Part shown: piece after piece, positions 41,588-50,857 of the stretch
Layout of the letters: every line of letters starts with the position of its first letter
Position numbering within the stretch: the stretch's first letter is position 1
From: Nitrospirota bacterium
GTDB lineage: Bacteria; Nitrospirota; UBA9217
Reading direction: 5' to 3'
Assembly (NCBI GenBank): GCA_963796285.1
Contig: CAWCKW010000006.1
Location: 152,090-216,089, forward strand
DNA length: 64,000 nt
Translations under genes and position numbers: made by a program
The notes under the pieces: generated by a model
Database searches by the model: none
The model's input: the letters and a program-made list of their open reading frames with translations, nothing else
What the model was told of the DNA's origin: nothing

Positions 41588-43072
41588 CTATGCCTTCGCC
41601 ACGCGCACGAGGGAGTTGTTCTCGTTCAGGCCGTCGATGATGGCGCCGAGGCCGGCCATGTTCTGGAGGTAGTTCAGGGCGTCCTGGGAGATCTCTTCTC
41701 CCGGGACCAGGAGCGGGATGCCGGGGGGATAGACGGTAACGATCTCGGTCGAGACCCTGCCCACGGAATGGTTCACGTCCACCAGCTCGCTGTCCGAATA
41801 GAAGGCATCGCGCGGGGTCATGATGACCTTGTTGGTGAACGACGGCGGATGGACCTTGTCGAGCGGCAAAAGCGCGCCCTGGAGCCCGGTCTCGGCCGAG
41901 ATCACCTTGAGCGCTTCCACAAGACGGTCCAGGTCATCCTGGCGGTCGCCGATCGAGACGATGACGAGCACGTGGAAGGGGTCCGCCATCTCGACCTGGA
42001 TGCCGAAGCGGGTGTTCAGCAGCTGGGACACATGGTAGCCCGAGAGGCCCATGTCCGACACGGTAATGGTCAGCTTGGTCACATCCATATCTGCCATGCC
42101 TGCCTGCTTTGCCCGGTCCTTGGTGAAGCAGGTGATGCCGGGGATCATATTGATCTTGGCGCGGGCCTCCTCGGCGAGCTTGATGGTCCGGGTGAGCAGT
42201 TTTTTGCCTTCCGTGGCCATCTGCATGCGCGCCAGGTCGAGAGAGGCCATCAGGATATAGGACGGGCTCGTGGTCTGGAGGAGCTTTAAGGTGTTCGTCA
42301 CGTCGTCGAGGTTGACCCTGCCGGCATTCGCGTGGAGCATGGACGCCTGGGTCATGCCGCCCACGATCTTGTGCGTTGACTGGACGCACATGTCCGCGCC
42401 GGCCTCGAGAGCGCATTTGGGGAGTTTGGGGTGGAACTTGAGATGCGGGCCGTGCGCCTCGTCCACGAACACCATAAGGCCCTTCTCGTGAGCGTAGGTG
42501 ATGATCTTTTCGATGTCGGTACAGAGGCCGTAATAGTTCGGGCTGGTGATCAGGAGCACACGGGCTCCGGGGTTCGCGTCAATGGCGGCCTTGACCGTGT
42601 CGAAGGTCACGTTCAGCGTCAGCTTGAGGTCGCGGTCAAAGGAGGGTTGGAAGAAGATCGGCTGCGCCCCGCTCATGATCAAGCCGGTGAGGACCGACCG
42701 GTGGCAGTTCCGGGCTATCAGGACCTTGTCGCCCGGGCCGGTCGATGACGCCACCATGGCATGATTTCCCACGGTGGTGCCGTTCACCAGAAAATAGGAT
42801 CGGTCCGCGCCGGCAGATTTTGCTGCAAGCTCCTGGGCCTCTTTGATCACGCCCGTCGGGTTCTGCAGGGAGTCTACTTCATCAAGGGTGGTGAGGTCGA
42901 TCGAAAAGACGCGCGGCCCAACGAACTTGCGGAACCGGGTAGCGATGCCTTTGCCGCTCTTATGTCCGGGGGTATGGAAGGAGACTTTGCGGCTCTCCGC
43001 AAGGTTGACCATTGCGTCGAACAGGGGGGTGCGGAACTGCTCATCCTCGATTCGTGAAAGAGGAGGATTCAT
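41588..43072 (-). CDS. Orn/Lys/Arg decarboxylase (fold type I PLP), probably arginine decarboxylase
   Basis: FHTPGHK, LVNGTT, VDEAHG, QSTHK, TTSPSY, YPPGIP; operon with speD and speE. Confidence 0.92.
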   Translation of the reverse strand: MNPPLSRIEDEQFRTPLFDAMVNLAESRKVSFHTPGHKSGKGIATRFRKFVGPRVFSIDLTTLDEVDSLQNPTGVIKEAQELAAKSAGADRSYFLVNGTTVGNHAMVASSTGPGDKVLIARNCHRSVLTGLIMSGAQPIFFQPSFDRDLKLTLNVTFDTVKAAIDANPGARVLLITSPNYYGLCTDIEKIITYAHEKGLMVFVDEAHGPHLKFHPKLPKCALEAGADMCVQSTHKIVGGMTQASMLHANAGRVNLDDVTNTLKLLQTTSPSYILMASLDLARMQMATEGKKLLTRTIKLAEEARAKINMIPGITCFTKDRAKQAGMADMDVTKLTITVSDMGLSGYHVSQLLNTRFGIQVEMADPFHVLVIVSIGDRQDDLDRLVEALKVISAETGLQGALLPLDKVHPPSFTNKVIMTPRDAFYSDSELVDVNHSVGRVSTEIVTVYPPGIPLLVPGEEISQDALNYLQNMAGLGAIIDGLNENNSLVRVAKA

Positions 43073-43078
43073 CGGCCG

Positions 43079-43999
43079 TCAATGATAGGTAAAGAGGGGT
43101 GAGTTGTCCTCTATGATCTTGGTCTCTTCCGCCAGTGCCTTGCGGATGTGCTTGGGCAGCAGGTACATGCCCTGGTTCGTGATGCCGTCGTAATACCGGT
43201 TCTCGCCCTTGATCCGCTTCTTGATCATGGCGTCAAGGTCTTTGGGGGCGAATGTTCGGGGATCGAGGTTCTTCGAGGCCAGGGTAAAGCCCCAGGGGAG
43301 GCCGAAGGACGGTATGGACACGGCATAGGGCGCCACCACCGGGAAAACCGCGTTCAGGGTCTTGTCCACTGCCGTGAAGTTCAAAAGCTGGTGCAGGGCC
43401 GTGGTGCCGGCCTGCAGGGAGATGGTGCCGTCCGGGCTCAGCCGCTCTTTCACGATCTCGTAGAACTCGCGGGTGTACAGGAGGTACGCCGGGCCTTCTT
43501 CAACAGGTTCGGAGATATCGATGATGATCACATCATAGGTGTCGGTCGTTTCCTCGAGATACTTGCGCGCGTCCATGTACCTGAGGTCGGTCCGCGGGTC
43601 GTCAAAGGCGCCCTGGTGCCACTCGGGCAGGAGCTCTTTTGATTTTTCAACAACTTCCTGGTCGATGTCCACCATCATGCAGTACTCGACGCTCTTGTGG
43701 CGGAGCACTTCGCGGAGCGTGGCGCCTTCGCCGCCGCCCACGATGAACACGCGCTTCGGGTCCGGATGGGTAAGCATGGCCGGATGGACCAGTGCCTCAT
43801 GGTAGATGAACTCGTCGGTGACCGTGGACTGCATCTTGCCGTCCAGCACCAGGCACCGGCCATAGCTCCCGCTGTCCATGATCTCCATTTTCTGGTACCT
43901 GGTCTGGCTCGCGTAGTGGATCATCTTGATGCCGTGCAGATGCCCCTCGTCGGGGCTCGTGTACTCAATGAACCACTTGTTGCTCTTGGGCTCTATCAT
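43079..43999 (-). CDS. speE: Polyamine aminopropyltransferase (spermidine synthase)
   Basis: LDGKMQ, YHEALVH, GGGEGATLRE, YDVIIID. Confidence 0.95.
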   Translation of the reverse strand: MIEPKSNKWFIEYTSPDEGHLHGIKMIHYASQTRYQKMEIMDSGSYGRCLVLDGKMQSTVTDEFIYHEALVHPAMLTHPDPKRVFIVGGGEGATLREVLRHKSVEYCMMVDIDQEVVEKSKELLPEWHQGAFDDPRTDLRYMDARKYLEETTDTYDVIIIDISEPVEEGPAYLLYTREFYEIVKERLSPDGTISLQAGTTALHQLLNFTAVDKTLNAVFPVVAPYAVSIPSFGLPWGFTLASKNLDPRTFAPKDLDAMIKKRIKGENRYYDGITNQGMYLLPKHIRKALAEETKIIEDNSPLFTYH

Positions 44000-44397
44000 G
44001 CGGAAACCAGTTCTCCCTGAACGATGGGCTTGTGGGGAAGCTTTTCGGTACCAAGGATACCCCGCTTGATCTCGACGATCGAGGGGTTCTGGGACTGGAA
44101 CTTCTCAATGAGGTAGTTGGCGGCGACCCTGGGATCGATCAGGTCCCCGCAGGTGAAGACATCGACTGCGGCATAGCCGTATTCCGGCCAGGTGTGGATG
44201 GCAAGGTGGGATTCGGCGATGACCACCATCCCGCTGATGCCAAAGGGGCTGAACTCGTGGAAAGCGACTTCAACAATGGTCGCCTTTGCCTCAAGTGCGG
44301 CATTTTTGAGTGTTTCCTGTACAAACTCCAGATTGGTCAGTGTTGTGCGGTTGCAATCCCGCAATTCCAGCAACAGGTGGGTTCCTAACGCGTGCAA
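43996..44397 (-). CDS. speD: S-adenosylmethionine decarboxylase proenzyme
   Basis: IAESHLAIHTWPE, DVFTCG; TTG start after AAGGAGGT RBS. Confidence 0.95.
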   Translation of the reverse strand: MHALGTHLLLELRDCNRTTLTNLEFVQETLKNAALEAKATIVEVAFHEFSPFGISGMVVIAESHLAIHTWPEYGYAAVDVFTCGDLIDPRVAANYLIEKFQSQNPSIVEIKRGILGTEKLPHKPIVQGELVSA

Positions 44398-44826
44398 CCT
44401 GTTTACCTCCTTCTCCGCCTGCTTCACAAGCTCCGGGATGTCTCCCGGTCTCCGCAGACACTGCCTCCCGATCTCTCAGGAGGGCTAAGGTCCGATGCCA
44501 ATCCGCCTCAACGTCAGACGGCGCCAAAAAAATAAAACTTAGTTGTCATTTATCAAATATTGAACTCTTTGTCAAGAATAAAAGTGTCTCGCGCACATTT
44601 TTTTCTTCCGCGCTGTTTTCCGTCTCACCGAGACTGCTCACCGGGATGTTCAAGGGCTCTTTTTTTGTTGCGCAATATACTCTTTTTTTCGACGAATGCA
44701 AGTGAAAATTGAAGTCCGTGAAAAAAAACTTTACTTCCATCCCCGATAGTTTTAATATTGCCCACACTGCTCCCGCTGGGGGCGCCGGAGCGTCAAAATC
44801 GGGATCATCGGGGTTCGGAATCCCCT

Positions 44827-44854
44827 GTCTTCCGACTTCTGACCTCTGACTTCT
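44827..44854. repeat. Short heptamer tandem repeat
   Basis: TCCGACT TCTGACC TCTGACT TCT. Confidence 0.6.
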
Positions 44855-44873
44855 AATCATTGGAGGAACCACC

Positions 44874-45533
44874 ATGTCGTCCGGAAAAAACGGCTTCGTC
44901 GAGATCGCTTCCGTGCTCGTCAACCCGGAGATCTTCACCCGTCCCTACACCTGCGATGTGGTCGGCTATGACTGCAAGTCGCAGTGCTGCTACCGCGCGT
45001 GTATCGTGCCCGGTCATGAGGCCGAACGGATCGAGGCGAACTTCGACGACATTCTTTCCTATCTCAGCCCGGAGAACCGGGCCGTGCTTAAAAAGAACGG
45101 AACCATCCTTGCCGATTGCAAAAAACAGTGCCCAAACGGATGCGAGATCCATGAGGACGAAGCCCGCGCCATCAGGCGGGCCTTCGGGGGCAAGGAATTC
45201 CGATGTGTCCTGATCCACAACAACATCTGCTCCCTGCTTTACACGAACAAGGAAGGGCTCAAGTACTGCGCCGTGCACACCTATGCCATGGACAAGGGCC
45301 TGGTCTGGGAGGAGTATAAGTTTGCGGACTGCGTCCAGTACCCCCTCGCCTTCTACTCGACCGAGGACGGGAAACAGGTGCTCTCCATCCAGGACACGCC
45401 CTACCTGGACCACATCCCATGCATGAAGAACCCCAAGGGCGAGCCCATGTACAAGAGCCTCAAGAAGACAATCGAGACCTACCTGGGCAAGGATTTCTAC
45501 AAGCAGCTGGAGGCCTACGCGAAGAAGAAGTAG
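44874..45533 (+). CDS. Cys-rich DUF3109-like protein
   Basis: TCD...CKSQCC, CAVH, CVQYPL; GGAGG RBS. Confidence 0.75.
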   Translation: MSSGKNGFVEIASVLVNPEIFTRPYTCDVVGYDCKSQCCYRACIVPGHEAERIEANFDDILSYLSPENRAVLKKNGTILADCKKQCPNGCEIHEDEARAIRRAFGGKEFRCVLIHNNICSLLYTNKEGLKYCAVHTYAMDKGLVWEEYKFADCVQYPLAFYSTEDGKQVLSIQDTPYLDHIPCMKNPKGEPMYKSLKKTIETYLGKDFYKQLEAYAKKK

Positions 45534-45561
45534 CAGGACAAGCCGACAGCAGCAAACCATT

Positions 45562-45660
45562 TTTACCGCGAAGGCGCAGAAGGTCGCGAGAGGAAAGCGT
45601 TATACAAACAGTCAAAGTATTCTTTGACGTCCTCTGCGTACTTGGCGCCTTCGCGGTAAA
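45562..45660. repeat. REP-like inverted-repeat element
   Basis: Perfect 16-bp IR TTTACCGCGAAGGCGC/GCGCCTTCGCGGTAAA with an inner GTCAAAG/CTTTGAC hairpin. Confidence 0.8.
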
Positions 45661-45703
45661 TGTTTTTACTGTTTTGTGTAGAATTTAATTCTTCTCCTAA
45701 CCT

Positions 45704-46480
45704 ATGGGAAACCTCTTCCTCAGCTTCACCATAGCCATCTCCGGCGCCATCGGCCTCGTGATCATGAGCCGCTTTTACGATTTCGAGAACTACACCAACA
45801 AGATCTTACCGCTCGTACCAATCCTTTACGCCATCGTCTATGAGGTCCTGGAACACCTGAAAAAGGGCAAGACCAAGTATGTCCAGGAGCCCCGGGGAAA
45901 AGATGAGCTCAAGGAACGCAGGGCCCATGCAGACGAGCGGCGGCTCACCTTCGGCAGGGTCGTAAATGATGTAGGCGTCATCTTCATCATCAAGTTCTCC
46001 GTCGAGATGTTCCTCGTCGCGCTTTTCCTGAGCACTAGCGGACTGACCTTTAACGAAGCCTATGGCACCTTCGGCATCGACACCGTCGGCACCTTCCTCC
46101 GAGGAGACCACCCCTGGCTCTCGGGCAACCAGGGCACCTGGCTGCTCGCGCTCATCGCGATCCTCACCTGTTTAATCTCGGGACTCTGGATCGGATACAC
46201 GTCGAAAGGCGTGGCCATCGTGGAAGGCGTGCTCGCCGGCGCAGCGGTCACCGTCGTCATGACCATGACCAACATGCTCATCCTTTACCGGAAGATCGAA
46301 GAGGTGACGGAGCGGCTTGCCGACTCCATGGGCTACGCCATGCAGGCGGGCTTCCTCGTCGTGATCGCGCTGCAGGTTCTGCTCTATGGTCTCTGGAGCG
46401 GACTGGTACAGATGGGGAAAATGGAACGCGCGCGGCAGACGGCGGAGAAGAAGCTGGCGAAGAAGGCGAAGAAGAAATAA
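45704..46480 (+). CDS. Hypothetical multi-pass membrane protein
   Basis: Five to six hydrophobic segments, strongly host-like codon usage. Confidence 0.8.
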   Translation: MGNLFLSFTIAISGAIGLVIMSRFYDFENYTNKILPLVPILYAIVYEVLEHLKKGKTKYVQEPRGKDELKERRAHADERRLTFGRVVNDVGVIFIIKFSVEMFLVALFLSTSGLTFNEAYGTFGIDTVGTFLRGDHPWLSGNQGTWLLALIAILTCLISGLWIGYTSKGVAIVEGVLAGAAVTVVMTMTNMLILYRKIEEVTERLADSMGYAMQAGFLVVIALQVLLYGLWSGLVQMGKMERARQTAEKKLAKKAKKK

Positions 46481-46692
46481 TCCCCGGAAAAGCCTCCGCT
46501 GAAAACCGTTCACAACTATTCTCGTCACGAAGTCATCAAGACACTAAGAAAGACAATCCCTGAAGTAAAATTCAAATCTGCATGCCTTCATGCAGGAGCT
46601 TGTCCTCGAATGATCCTATCGGGGGCGTCTCCGTGTGGCCCGCTTCTTGGCCGTTGTGGAAAATCAGGTGTTATAGCGGGGTTTGAAGAGAA

Positions 46693-47190
46693 TCAAATGA
46701 ACCTTCGTGCGTCGATGAAGTGATCTCTCCAGTAGGGGTCCTGGAGGCTGTCTTTCCGGACATTCCCTCCCCTGCTGGGGGCGTGGACAAAGGTATCGTT
46801 CTCGAGGTAGATGCCGACATGGGAGTATTTCTTCCCGCGTTCGTTAAAGAACAAGAGATCGCCGGTCTGCAGGTTCCTGCCTATTGATCTGGTGCGGTTC
46901 ATAAGCGACTTCGCACCGTGGGGCACGTCCAGACCCGCGGACTGATAGCTGTACTGCACAAGTCCGCTGCAGTCGAAGCCCGCGGGGCTGTCGCCTTTGT
47001 ATTTGTAGGGTCTGCCGATCATGGAGACTGCGGTGAGGGCGGCCTTCTCGCCGATTGTGGAGGGGTACTCGGGCGCAGGGCCGGTGGACAGCACCGTGGC
47101 GCAGCCGATAGCTGAGAGGAGGATCACACAGAACATGACCCCATATTCAATCCGAAGCAGTCTGTTGCCGATCAAGCTCACGGTTCCCAT
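46693..47190 (-). CDS. NlpC/P60 (C40) peptidase lipoprotein
   Basis: GFDCSGL, GDLLFF, HVGIY, FVHAP. Confidence 0.92.
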   Translation of the reverse strand: MGTVSLIGNRLLRIEYGVMFCVILLSAIGCATVLSTGPAPEYPSTIGEKAALTAVSMIGRPYKYKGDSPAGFDCSGLVQYSYQSAGLDVPHGAKSLMNRTRSIGRNLQTGDLLFFNERGKKYSHVGIYLENDTFVHAPSRGGNVRKDSLQDPYWRDHFIDARRFI

Positions 47191-47247
47191 ACTAATTCAT
47201 TCACACGACCATGTCAACACATCGGCAGCAGGCGACGGCCGGTAGAG

Positions 47248-48369
47248 TCAGGCAGTCCCGGGAGGGGCATCCTTGTAACGTTCGTAGATTGCCTCGTACT
47301 CCCTGGTCGTGTCCTTGAATATTTGGAGGATCTGGGGATCAAAGTGTTGCGGCCCCATCCGTTCATTTCCCCCGACCATGATCCGGTAGGCCATGATGTA
47401 ATCGAACGGCGGCTTGTATGGCCGGATGCTCCTGAGGGCATCATACTGATCAGCGAAGGCCGCGATCCTTCCCTCGATCGGGATCTTCTTTCCCGCGAGT
47501 CCGGCCGGATATCCGGTCCCGTCCCAGCGTTCATGGTGGTTGATCGCGATCCGTTCCGCCATCTGGAGAAATGTCGACCGTGACCCATGCAGGATCCTCC
47601 CGCCGATTGTCGTATGCGTCTTGACCAGGGCAAGCTCCTCGGGAGAGAGGCCTGAGGGTTTCAGCAGGATATCGGAGGGAATGCTGATCTTTCCGATGTC
47701 ATGCATGGGGGCGGCGTATTGAATCGTTTCCACCCGCTCCTCGGACCATCCCAGATGCTTCGCGATGTGGGCACAGCACAATCCCACCCGTTTGACATGC
47801 GACTCCGTTGCTTCGTCCTTATACTCTGCCACAAAGGTCAGCCGGTAAATTGTGTCAAGATAGCTGTCCTTTAAACTTTGCTGGGATTTCTCGAGGTCCC
47901 TCATGGTTGCATTCAGCGCGGATGTTTTTTTCTCGGTCTCCGTCTTGAGGCGGGACGCGTAGTTCTTCAGAAAATCTTCAAACTCTTTTATTCGGAGGAG
48001 ATTCCTCGTCCGGATCAATAACTCGGTGCTGTCAACAGGCTTGGTAAGAAAATCGTTTGCCCCGGCTTCGAGCGCTTTGAGCTTTGAGGCCTTGTCATCA
48101 AGGGCCGTCATCACCAGGATGGGAATATGCCGGGTATCGGGATTGTCCTTCAGCATCCTGCAGACCGCGTAGCCGTCCATCTCCGGCATCATGATGTCGA
48201 GGAAAATGAGGTCCGGGGTGAACGAAAGGGCCCTGAGGATGGCAGCTCTGCCGTCCTTCGCAGTGTCGAAGGCGCAGTTGAGATTTTTTAATATCGCCGG
48301 GATCAGTCTGAAGTTCTTTTCCTCATCATCGACTATGAGTATCCTCGGCTGTTCCTTTGTTTCTTCCAT
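47248..48369 (-). CDS. Response regulator with HD-GYP c-di-GMP phosphodiesterase domain
   Basis: REC domain (IVDD, LDIMMP, KP), HDIGK, HHERWDGTGYP. Confidence 0.93.
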   Translation of the reverse strand: MEETKEQPRILIVDDEEKNFRLIPAILKNLNCAFDTAKDGRAAILRALSFTPDLIFLDIMMPEMDGYAVCRMLKDNPDTRHIPILVMTALDDKASKLKALEAGANDFLTKPVDSTELLIRTRNLLRIKEFEDFLKNYASRLKTETEKKTSALNATMRDLEKSQQSLKDSYLDTIYRLTFVAEYKDEATESHVKRVGLCCAHIAKHLGWSEERVETIQYAAPMHDIGKISIPSDILLKPSGLSPEELALVKTHTTIGGRILHGSRSTFLQMAERIAINHHERWDGTGYPAGLAGKKIPIEGRIAAFADQYDALRSIRPYKPPFDYIMAYRIMVGGNERMGPQHFDPQILQIFKDTTREYEAIYERYKDAPPGTA

Positions 48370-48416
48370 ACAATCCTCCTCGTTCGTAGTTCCACAGCAA
48401 AAAGCAAGGGATGCCG

Positions 48417-50600
48417 TTATTCGCTGCCCGGAAGGTCGCGTCCGTACCCCGCAGCTGCGACCCGGGGTATGTTGAAGCTGAATCGGGAGCCCGCGCCGGG
48501 TGTGCTCTCCACCCAGATGCTGCCCCCGTGCAGACCGACGAGCTTCCTGCTGAGATACAATCCAAGCCCCGTACCCTCAAATTTCCGCGTTGTGGAGGTA
48601 TCGAGCTGCAGGAACGGGCGGAAAAGCTTCCCTGTGTCTTCTGCAGGGATGCCGATGCCCGTATCCCACACATCGATCTGCACGCCGGCGCTGCTCCCCG
48701 ATGCCCGTATTCCCACGCGCCCTCCGCTGGGCGTAAATTTCAGGGCATTCGCCAGGAGATTCAATGTCACCTGTTTTATCTTCGTTTTGTCCGCGGTGAT
48801 CATGGCGATATCGGAGCCGATCTCCGCGCTCAAGGCGATTTGTTGCCTGAGCGCCTTTTCCCGGAACAGCGCAAGTGTTCCCTCGAGCAGTTCCTTGAGA
48901 TCAAAGTCGTCAAGATCGATCGCCATCATCCCCGCCTCGATCTTCGAGACGTCCAGGAGGTTATTGATGATCCGCAATAGATGCCTGCCGCTCTCCCAGA
49001 TGTCCTTGAGGTATGCCTCCTGGTCCGGCGTGAGCGGCCCCGCAGTGCCGTCGCGCATGACCTCGGAAAAACCCAGGATCGAGTTGAGCGGCGTTCTTAG
49101 CTCGTGGGTCATTTTCGACAGGAAATCCGATTTCGCCCTGTTCGCGGCCTCGGCAATCTCTCTCGCAGTCTCGAGCTCGCGGGTCCGCTCGCGGACTTTT
49201 TCTTCCATTTTGTCGTAGAGCAGAGCGTTCTCGATCGCCATGGCGGCCTGGATTGCAAGCGCCTCCAGAAGATTGATATCGAGTTTCGTGTAGGGCTCTT
49301 CGCTTATTTTCGGACCCAGGGCCGCCACTCCCAGCAGCTGGTCTTTATAAAACAGCGGGATGGCCACGGCAATCTTGTTTTCTATTAAACAGCTGCTTAC
49401 CGATCTGGACTCCTCATCAGGGCCTTCCGCATCCAGCTCTTCCTTGATGACCATCTTCCCGGACCGTTCTATCCACAGGACAACGTTCTCATCAAGGCAT
49501 CCGGTGCGGCTGATCCTCTCATGAACATCGCATCCTTTCCGCAGTGTATACTGTCCTCCCGCGGCCCTCAGAAATATGCAGACGCTTTCGGCGTCCAGGC
49601 TTTTTTTCATACTGTTATTGATGAAGTCGAGCAACTCATCCAGGTCCAGTTTGGTGGAGATCGCCTTGATGGCCTCCCTCAACACCTCATGATGATCATA
49701 TTTGTGCTGTTCCACGGCGCGTTTTATCAACGTCTGCACTGTCCGGCTCATCTGGGTACCGAAGAAAAGAAATCCGATGATCACCAGGGAAAGCAGGATC
49801 GCGAGCGTGTTGCCGAGCTCCGGCTGGAACAGCATGAACAGGGTGATGTGAATGGCCGAGAACAGGAGCGACAGCAGCACGATCGAAAAGGTACGCGACG
49901 CAATGACCCGAAGATCGAACAGGCGGTGGCGCGTCATGGCGTAATAGGTCAGGACCACCCACGGAAAGCCGAAGTAGGAGCCCAGGCCGGGTTCGAGGAA
50001 AAAACCACTGGCCAAGGGGAGTATGCCGGCAACGAGCGTCCCCCCTCCCGCGAAAAACAGCATGCCGAGGGTGAAGTAGTTTAATTTCGTCCAGGCAAGA
50101 CCGGTCGTCTGCCGTCTGAGCCGGAAGAGCTCGTACATCAACCAGAAGAGCTGGATGATACCCAGGACCCGGAGGGGTTTGCCGAGAGGGCCGGACCGGT
50201 CAAGATAGGGGATCAGTGCGTAATTACCGCGCTCAATGAGATCGGTCGATACGCTCACGCACAGGACGATGATCCAGAAGGGATAGAGGATGTAGCCCAC
50301 CTGGCGAGCGGTCCGGCTTTTTTCGTCCCGCAGGTAATAGATGAACTGTATCGCAGCGGGGATCATCAGCCAGCCGATCCAGTTGAGACGGGCCAGAGGG
50401 GTGATGTCCCGGCCGAAGGATGCAAGGATATACATGAACGCGGTGACAAGAGCGAAGGATGCTGCGAAAAAAGAGATGGCTGCAACAGATTTGTTCACGG
50501 GGCTGTTGCGGGGGTTCTCCCTGAGAAGGATAAACCCCAGGAGGAACTCCAGGGCCGAGATAACCAGCAGCGGAGCGCCGATAATTTGGAAAAGATTCAT
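48417..50600 (-). CDS. 7TM-GAF sensor histidine kinase
   Basis: Multiple TM helices, GAF, HELRTPL, NALKF, DTGIG, GTGLGL; start uncertain. Confidence 0.92.
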   Translation of the reverse strand: MNLFQIIGAPLLVISALEFLLGFILLRENPRNSPVNKSVAAISFFAASFALVTAFMYILASFGRDITPLARLNWIGWLMIPAAIQFIYYLRDEKSRTARQVGYILYPFWIIVLCVSVSTDLIERGNYALIPYLDRSGPLGKPLRVLGIIQLFWLMYELFRLRRQTTGLAWTKLNYFTLGMLFFAGGGTLVAGILPLASGFFLEPGLGSYFGFPWVVLTYYAMTRHRLFDLRVIASRTFSIVLLSLLFSAIHITLFMLFQPELGNTLAILLSLVIIGFLFFGTQMSRTVQTLIKRAVEQHKYDHHEVLREAIKAISTKLDLDELLDFINNSMKKSLDAESVCIFLRAAGGQYTLRKGCDVHERISRTGCLDENVVLWIERSGKMVIKEELDAEGPDEESRSVSSCLIENKIAVAIPLFYKDQLLGVAALGPKISEEPYTKLDINLLEALAIQAAMAIENALLYDKMEEKVRERTRELETAREIAEAANRAKSDFLSKMTHELRTPLNSILGFSEVMRDGTAGPLTPDQEAYLKDIWESGRHLLRIINNLLDVSKIEAGMMAIDLDDFDLKELLEGTLALFREKALRQQIALSAEIGSDIAMITADKTKIKQVTLNLLANALKFTPSGGRVGIRASGSSAGVQIDVWDTGIGIPAEDTGKLFRPFLQLDTSTTRKFEGTGLGLYLSRKLVGLHGGSIWVESTPGAGSRFSFNIPRVAAAGYGRDLPGSE

Positions 50601-50857
50601 GCCCAGCCCCATGCGGTCCGATTCATTGTTTTTGAACCGCATTCGTTGTTTGCGCCCGAACCTACGGCAAGCAGCCCGGAAAGGACGCTTCACGCGCCAT
50701 GTGCCTCTCGAACAGAGAAGAAAGGGGAACGTTATCCATGCGCGTTCATCAACCCGATTAAAACCAATGCGATTGTACCATACTGGATCGTCTCTGTAAT
50801 TAAAAAACAGACACAATACCTCTTGACCCTTTTTTCTCGCCCTGCTATATTCAACTC

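Noticed and set aside
44514-44549. uORF MTTKFYFFGAV and an antizyme-like UCC-UGA in the speD leader
   Set aside because: The ATG overlaps the predicted -10 box, so it is probably not transcribed; the UCC-UGA is preceded by an in-frame stop and a +1 shift there would leave the speD frame
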